From: Lachnospiraceae bacterium
GTDB lineage: Bacteria; Bacillota; Clostridia; Lachnospirales; Lachnospiraceae
Length of the DNA: 64,000 nucleotides
Assembly (NCBI GenBank): GCA_034172985.1
Contig: JAXFDY010000189.1
Location: 10,023 to 74,022 of the forward strand
Direction: 5' to 3'
The notes below the pieces were generated by a model. It searched no databases. It worked only from the letters and a program-made list of their open reading frames with translations, and was not told the origin of the DNA. This document shows, piece by piece, positions 60,462-64,000 of this stretch (positions within the stretch are counted from its first letter, which is position 1; every line of letters starts with the position of its first letter). A program made the position numbers and the translations under genes.

Positions 60462-62352
60462 CTCTTACTTCCATCTTCTCAAATTCATCCATTGAATGAA
60501 CCTTTCTGACGATCTTATTTATAATTGAATCTGTATCTAATCCACATTCTTTTCGTAAAAGTTCTACCGCACCATGCTCCAGATAAAGATTTGGCACACC
60601 GATATTGCATACTTCAATTTTTCTGTCAAAGCCGCTTATAAAACGTGTAACGATTTCCCCATATCCACCGTTTAACACATTTTCTTCCAATGTAACAATA
60701 AGTTTATGATCCTCTGTCAGCTTCTCGATACATTTTTCATCAATTGGCTTAACAAATCTGACATTTACAACCGTTACACGATATCCCATTTTCTTAAGCC
60801 TGTCTCTTACCTCTACAGCCGTCTCAACCATGGAACCCACAGCCAGAATTGCAATGTCTTTTTCTTTATAAAGAATCTCACTCCTTCCGTATACAATCGG
60901 TGCCCGAAACTCTTTTAATCCCTCATATGCCTCTCCTCTCGGATAACGGATGGCAAATGGACCTTCATAATATGTGGAATATTTCAATACATCTGCAAGC
61001 TCATATTTATTCTTTGGTGCAAATATACTCATATTGGGAATAGAATTCAGATATGATAAATCGAAAATTCCCTGATGAGTCTCACCATCTCCACCTACTA
61101 ATCCCGCACGGTCTATGGCAAATACTACCGGAAGATCCTGAATACAGACATCGTGGAGTATTTGGTCATAAGCCCTTTGAAGAAATGAAGAATAAATGGC
61201 TACATATGGTTTTAAACCTGCCGCAGCCAGACCTGCACTAAACGTTACTGCATGTTCCTCCGCAATTCCAACATCAAAAAATCTTGACGGAAAATGCTTG
61301 CTGAATTTATTCAACCCTGTACCATCTGCCATGGCAGCCGTAATAGCTACTATCTTTCTATTCTCCGCTGCCAGGTTTGTGATCACTTTTGAAAATATAT
61401 CGGTATAACTCGGCCTGTTTTTTGGCTTTAATATCTCACCGGTATTTTTATCAAAAGGTTCAACTCCATGAAATTTAGATGGCTTACGCTCGGCATATTC
61501 ATATCCTTTCCCCTTTTGGGTTACAACATGAACAAGCACCGCATGGTCCAGTTTTTTTGCCTCATTAAAAACTTTCACCATCTGTTGGATATTATGTCCA
61601 TCAATAGGTCCAAGATAGGTAATACCCATATTTTCAAAAAACATTCCCGGAACCATTAACTGCTTTAAACTGCTCTTTGTTTTATCTACATGATGAACAA
61701 TTTTTTCACCCACAACCGGAATCTTATTTAATGTATTTTTTACTCCTGATTTTAATTCCGTATAAACGTCCGCCGTACGAAGACCGGAAAGATATGCAGA
61801 AAAACCGCCCACATTTTCTGATATAGACATATTATTATCATTTAAAATAATAATAAAATTCCTTTTTAACTGTGCGGCATTATTCAAGGCTTCATAGGCC
61901 ATTCCGCCTGTGAAAGCCCCATCTCCAATCACTGCCACCACAGTACTGTTATTTCCGTTGATTTGAAATCCATTGGCAATACCCAGTGCAGCCGATATGG
62001 ATGTGGAGCTATGACCTGTCCCAAAAGGATCGCACTCACTCTCCCTGCGTTTTGGAAATCCGCTGATTCCCCCATATGTCCGGAGTCCGTTAAACTCATC
62101 TTTTCTTCCTGTCAGGATTTTATGGGTATAAGACTGATGTCCTACATCCCATATTATTTTATCCTCCGGCATATTCAGGCAAAGATGAAGTGCCATGGTC
62201 AGTTCAACTACTCCCAGATTGGATGCCAGATGTCCACCGCAATCTGATATTTTTTCTATTAAAAATTCCCTTATTTCATCAGAAAGAATATTATAATCTT
62301 CTCTATCAATTTTTTTTATGTCATTGGGATTAACAATTTGATCTAATAACAT
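60448..62352 (-). CDS. dxs: 1-deoxy-D-xylulose-5-phosphate synthase
   Basis: GHLASNLG, WDVGHQSY, GHSSTSIS, GDGAFTGG, DVGIAEEHA, DRAGLVGGDGETHQG. Confidence 0.97.
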   Translation of the reverse strand: MLLDQIVNPNDIKKIDREDYNILSDEIREFLIEKISDCGGHLASNLGVVELTMALHLCLNMPEDKIIWDVGHQSYTHKILTGRKDEFNGLRTYGGISGFPKRRESECDPFGTGHSSTSISAALGIANGFQINGNNSTVVAVIGDGAFTGGMAYEALNNAAQLKRNFIIILNDNNMSISENVGGFSAYLSGLRTADVYTELKSGVKNTLNKIPVVGEKIVHHVDKTKSSLKQLMVPGMFFENMGITYLGPIDGHNIQQMVKVFNEAKKLDHAVLVHVVTQKGKGYEYAERKPSKFHGVEPFDKNTGEILKPKNRPSYTDIFSKVITNLAAENRKIVAITAAMADGTGLNKFSKHFPSRFFDVGIAEEHAVTFSAGLAAAGLKPYVAIYSSFLQRAYDQILHDVCIQDLPVVFAIDRAGLVGGDGETHQGIFDLSYLNSIPNMSIFAPKNKYELADVLKYSTYYEGPFAIRYPRGEAYEGLKEFRAPIVYGRSEILYKEKDIAILAVGSMVETAVEVRDRLKKMGYRVTVVNVRFVKPIDEKCIEKLTEDHKLIVTLEENVLNGGYGEIVTRFISGFDRKIEVCNIGVPNLYLEHGAVELLRKECGLDTDSIINKIVRKVHSMDEFEKMEVRGVHE

Positions 62353-62381
62353 ATTACCCTCCATACCTGACGGCATATCTA

Positions 62382-63272
62382 CTACTTTTCTCTTGAAATG
62401 AGACTTATCAATAGTTCACGTAAAAACTCATTTTTATATTCAAATTCATCCAACAGACGAATTGCCTCATCTGAATACTCCCGGACTTTTGTTCTTGCTC
62501 CCTCCAGTCCTAAAATAGTCACATAAGTAGTCTTATGATTTTTCTCATCACTTAACACCGGTTTTCCCAAAACCTCTGTAGTACTGGTTACATCCAGTAT
62601 ATCGTCCTGCACCTGAAATGCAAGTCCCACATACAATGCAATTTTTCCGATTTTTTCCACTTCTTCGTCTCTTGCCCCTGCCAATACAGCCCCGGTCATC
62701 ATAGAAGCCTGAATCAGGGCACCTGTCTTTAACTCGTGAATAAAATGCAGTATTTCTTCATCGAGGGATTTGTCTGTATATTCCACATCTACTGTCTGTC
62801 CACCTATCATACCATAAATACCGGCTTTTTCTGCTAACACCTGCATCGCTTTCGCAGCCCGGTCCATATGCTGGCTATTTACAACTGCTTTTGCACAGGT
62901 TTCAAAAGCAAAGTTTAACAATCCATCTCCTGCCAGTACACCCATTGCATGACCATATTTTTTATGTGTCGTAAGTTTGCCTCTTCTGTAATCATCGTTA
63001 TCCATCGCAGGAAGATCATCATGTACCAAGGAATATGTATGAATCATCTCCATCGCCGCCATAAATGGTTCCACATCTTTTCCCTCATATCCGAAAAGTC
63101 TTGCAGTCTCCTGCAGCAGCATTGGACGAAGCCTCTTACCTCCGGCACTGATACTGTAGTTCATTGCTTCTATTATTGTTTTCTGGTATCCTTCTTCTTT
63201 TGGCATATAAGCATAAATTATTTTTTCTACCTCTGCAGTTCTTCCTGCAAGTTCTTTCTTAAAATCAGACAT
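62382..63272 (-). CDS. ispA: Farnesyl/geranylgeranyl diphosphate synthase
   Basis: GGKRLRP, SLVHDDLPAMDNDDYRRG, KTGAL, FQVQDDILD. Confidence 0.93.
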   Translation of the reverse strand: MSDFKKELAGRTAEVEKIIYAYMPKEEGYQKTIIEAMNYSISAGGKRLRPMLLQETARLFGYEGKDVEPFMAAMEMIHTYSLVHDDLPAMDNDDYRRGKLTTHKKYGHAMGVLAGDGLLNFAFETCAKAVVNSQHMDRAAKAMQVLAEKAGIYGMIGGQTVDVEYTDKSLDEEILHFIHELKTGALIQASMMTGAVLAGARDEEVEKIGKIALYVGLAFQVQDDILDVTSTTEVLGKPVLSDEKNHKTTYVTILGLEGARTKVREYSDEAIRLLDEFEYKNEFLRELLISLISREK

Positions 63273-63287
63273 GATGCTCCCTCCAAA

Positions 63288-63485
63288 CTATTCCTCGTGT
63301 TTCTCATTTAATACAATGATTTTCTTTTCCGTCTCATCTAATTTTTCCCTGAGCTGTTTTACAATTGTGATTCCTTTATGATACAAATCAAAAGATTCCT
63401 CAAGACTAATCTCATCTTTTTCCATCTGCGACATTATTTCCCCCAGTTGCTCAAATCCCTGATCTATCGTCATCTTTTTCGCCAT
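63288..63485 (-). CDS. xseB: Exodeoxyribonuclease VII small subunit
   Basis: 65 aa; LGEIMSQME...[12 protein letters not shown]...LDETEKKI; follows xseA. Confidence 0.88.
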   Translation of the reverse strand: MAKKMTIDQGFEQLGEIMSQMEKDEISLEESFDLYHKGITIVKQLREKLDETEKKIIVLNEKHEE

Positions 63486-64000
63486 AAATTACCTCCACAA
63501 CTTCCGTGTCTATCTCACCGTCACTTACTAATATTTTTAATTTGTCTCCTCTTCCGACTCCCCGGACCGTCTTTACATTTTTTCCATGACTGTCCTGCAC
63601 ATAAGAAAATCCACTTTCCAATTTCGTTAAAGGAGATAAACCATTCAAACGTTCTGCTGCCAAACTAAGCCGATGCTTATTAAACTGTAGCTTTCGATTC
63701 AACAATTCCCCCATCTTATCCATATTATAATCTAATCGTTGTCTTTTATCCTGAATCATCTTTACCGGATTCATTCGTTCCAGTCTGAGATGATAATTTT
63801 CCAGAAGGTTCCTTTTCTGTTCATATTTGTTTCTGACATTTTTCTTTAAAGTGTAACAAATATTATCCATATCCTCCCGGAATTTCAGATAATCAAAAAC
63901 TGCCAGCTCCGCTGCCGCTGATGGAGTCGGTGCGCGCATATCTGCCACAAAATCAGTAATGGTTGTATCTGTCTCGTGACCGACTGCTGAAATCACTGGT
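63451..64000 (-). CDS. xseA: Exodeoxyribonuclease VII large subunit, C-terminal part (starts beyond the right edge)
   Basis: [31 protein letters not shown]; LSPL...GFS. Confidence 0.95.
   Translation of the reverse strand, partial: PVISAVGHETDTTITDFVADMRAPTPSAAAELAVFDYLKFREDMDNICYTLKKNVRNKYEQKRNLLENYHLRLERMNPVKMIQDKRQRLDYNMDKMGELLNRKLQFNKHRLSLAAERLNGLSPLTKLESGFSYVQDSHGKNVKTVRGVGRGDKLKILVSDGEIDTEVVEVIYGEKDDDRSGI

Noticed and set aside
59677-60495. 272-aa + strand ORF
   Set aside because: Lies wholly antisense to nadK; no RBS or recognisable motif; typical shadow ORF.
1-64000. CRISPR arrays, tRNA/rRNA genes, IS transposases, integrases, prophage genes
   Set aside because: No regularly spaced repeats, cloverleaf or rRNA signatures, or transposase/integrase motifs seen by eye; intergenic gaps are too short. 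tRNAscan-SE, Infernal and ISEScan would be needed to exclude them formally.

Overview
Low-GC Firmicutes core-chromosome window, most consistent with Lachnospiraceae/Clostridia (inferred from gene content, gene order and GGAGG-type RBSs). About 60 CDS, mostly on the - strand. Contents: a GyrB/ParE-type subunit (partial), uppP, truA, tmcAL, pepD, rsmD-coaD, cmk-ispH-rpsA, a five-gene biotin/Na+-pumping decarboxylase cluster, scpAB, two D-Ala-D-Ala carboxypeptidases, spoIIM, proC, an aminotransferase, recA-recX-rny, rimO-pgsA-cinA, rpoZ, a sirtuin, rqcH, glgA, spoIVB-spo0A, citrate synthase and xseAB-ispA-dxs-nadK-argR-recN. I saw no rRNA, tRNA, CRISPR array, prophage or transposase. The strongest oddity is the Spo0A next to spoIVB. 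Its DNA-binding domain is intact, but its receiver has D10E/D11E/D56E substitutions and lacks about 60 residues. Other points: 11-bp-phased direct repeats upstream of spo0A; a divergent pair of unusual sensors (MCP fused to a YcgR/PilZ-like module, and PAS fused to a CPBP protease with altered catalytic motifs); a candidate sRNA between rny and aspC; a 26-aa sORF with its own promoter and RBS; a frameshifted recN; a broken RCC1-like gene; and conserved operons missing usual members (gmk/remA, tlyA, possibly xerD). All family calls come from motif recognition, not database searches.
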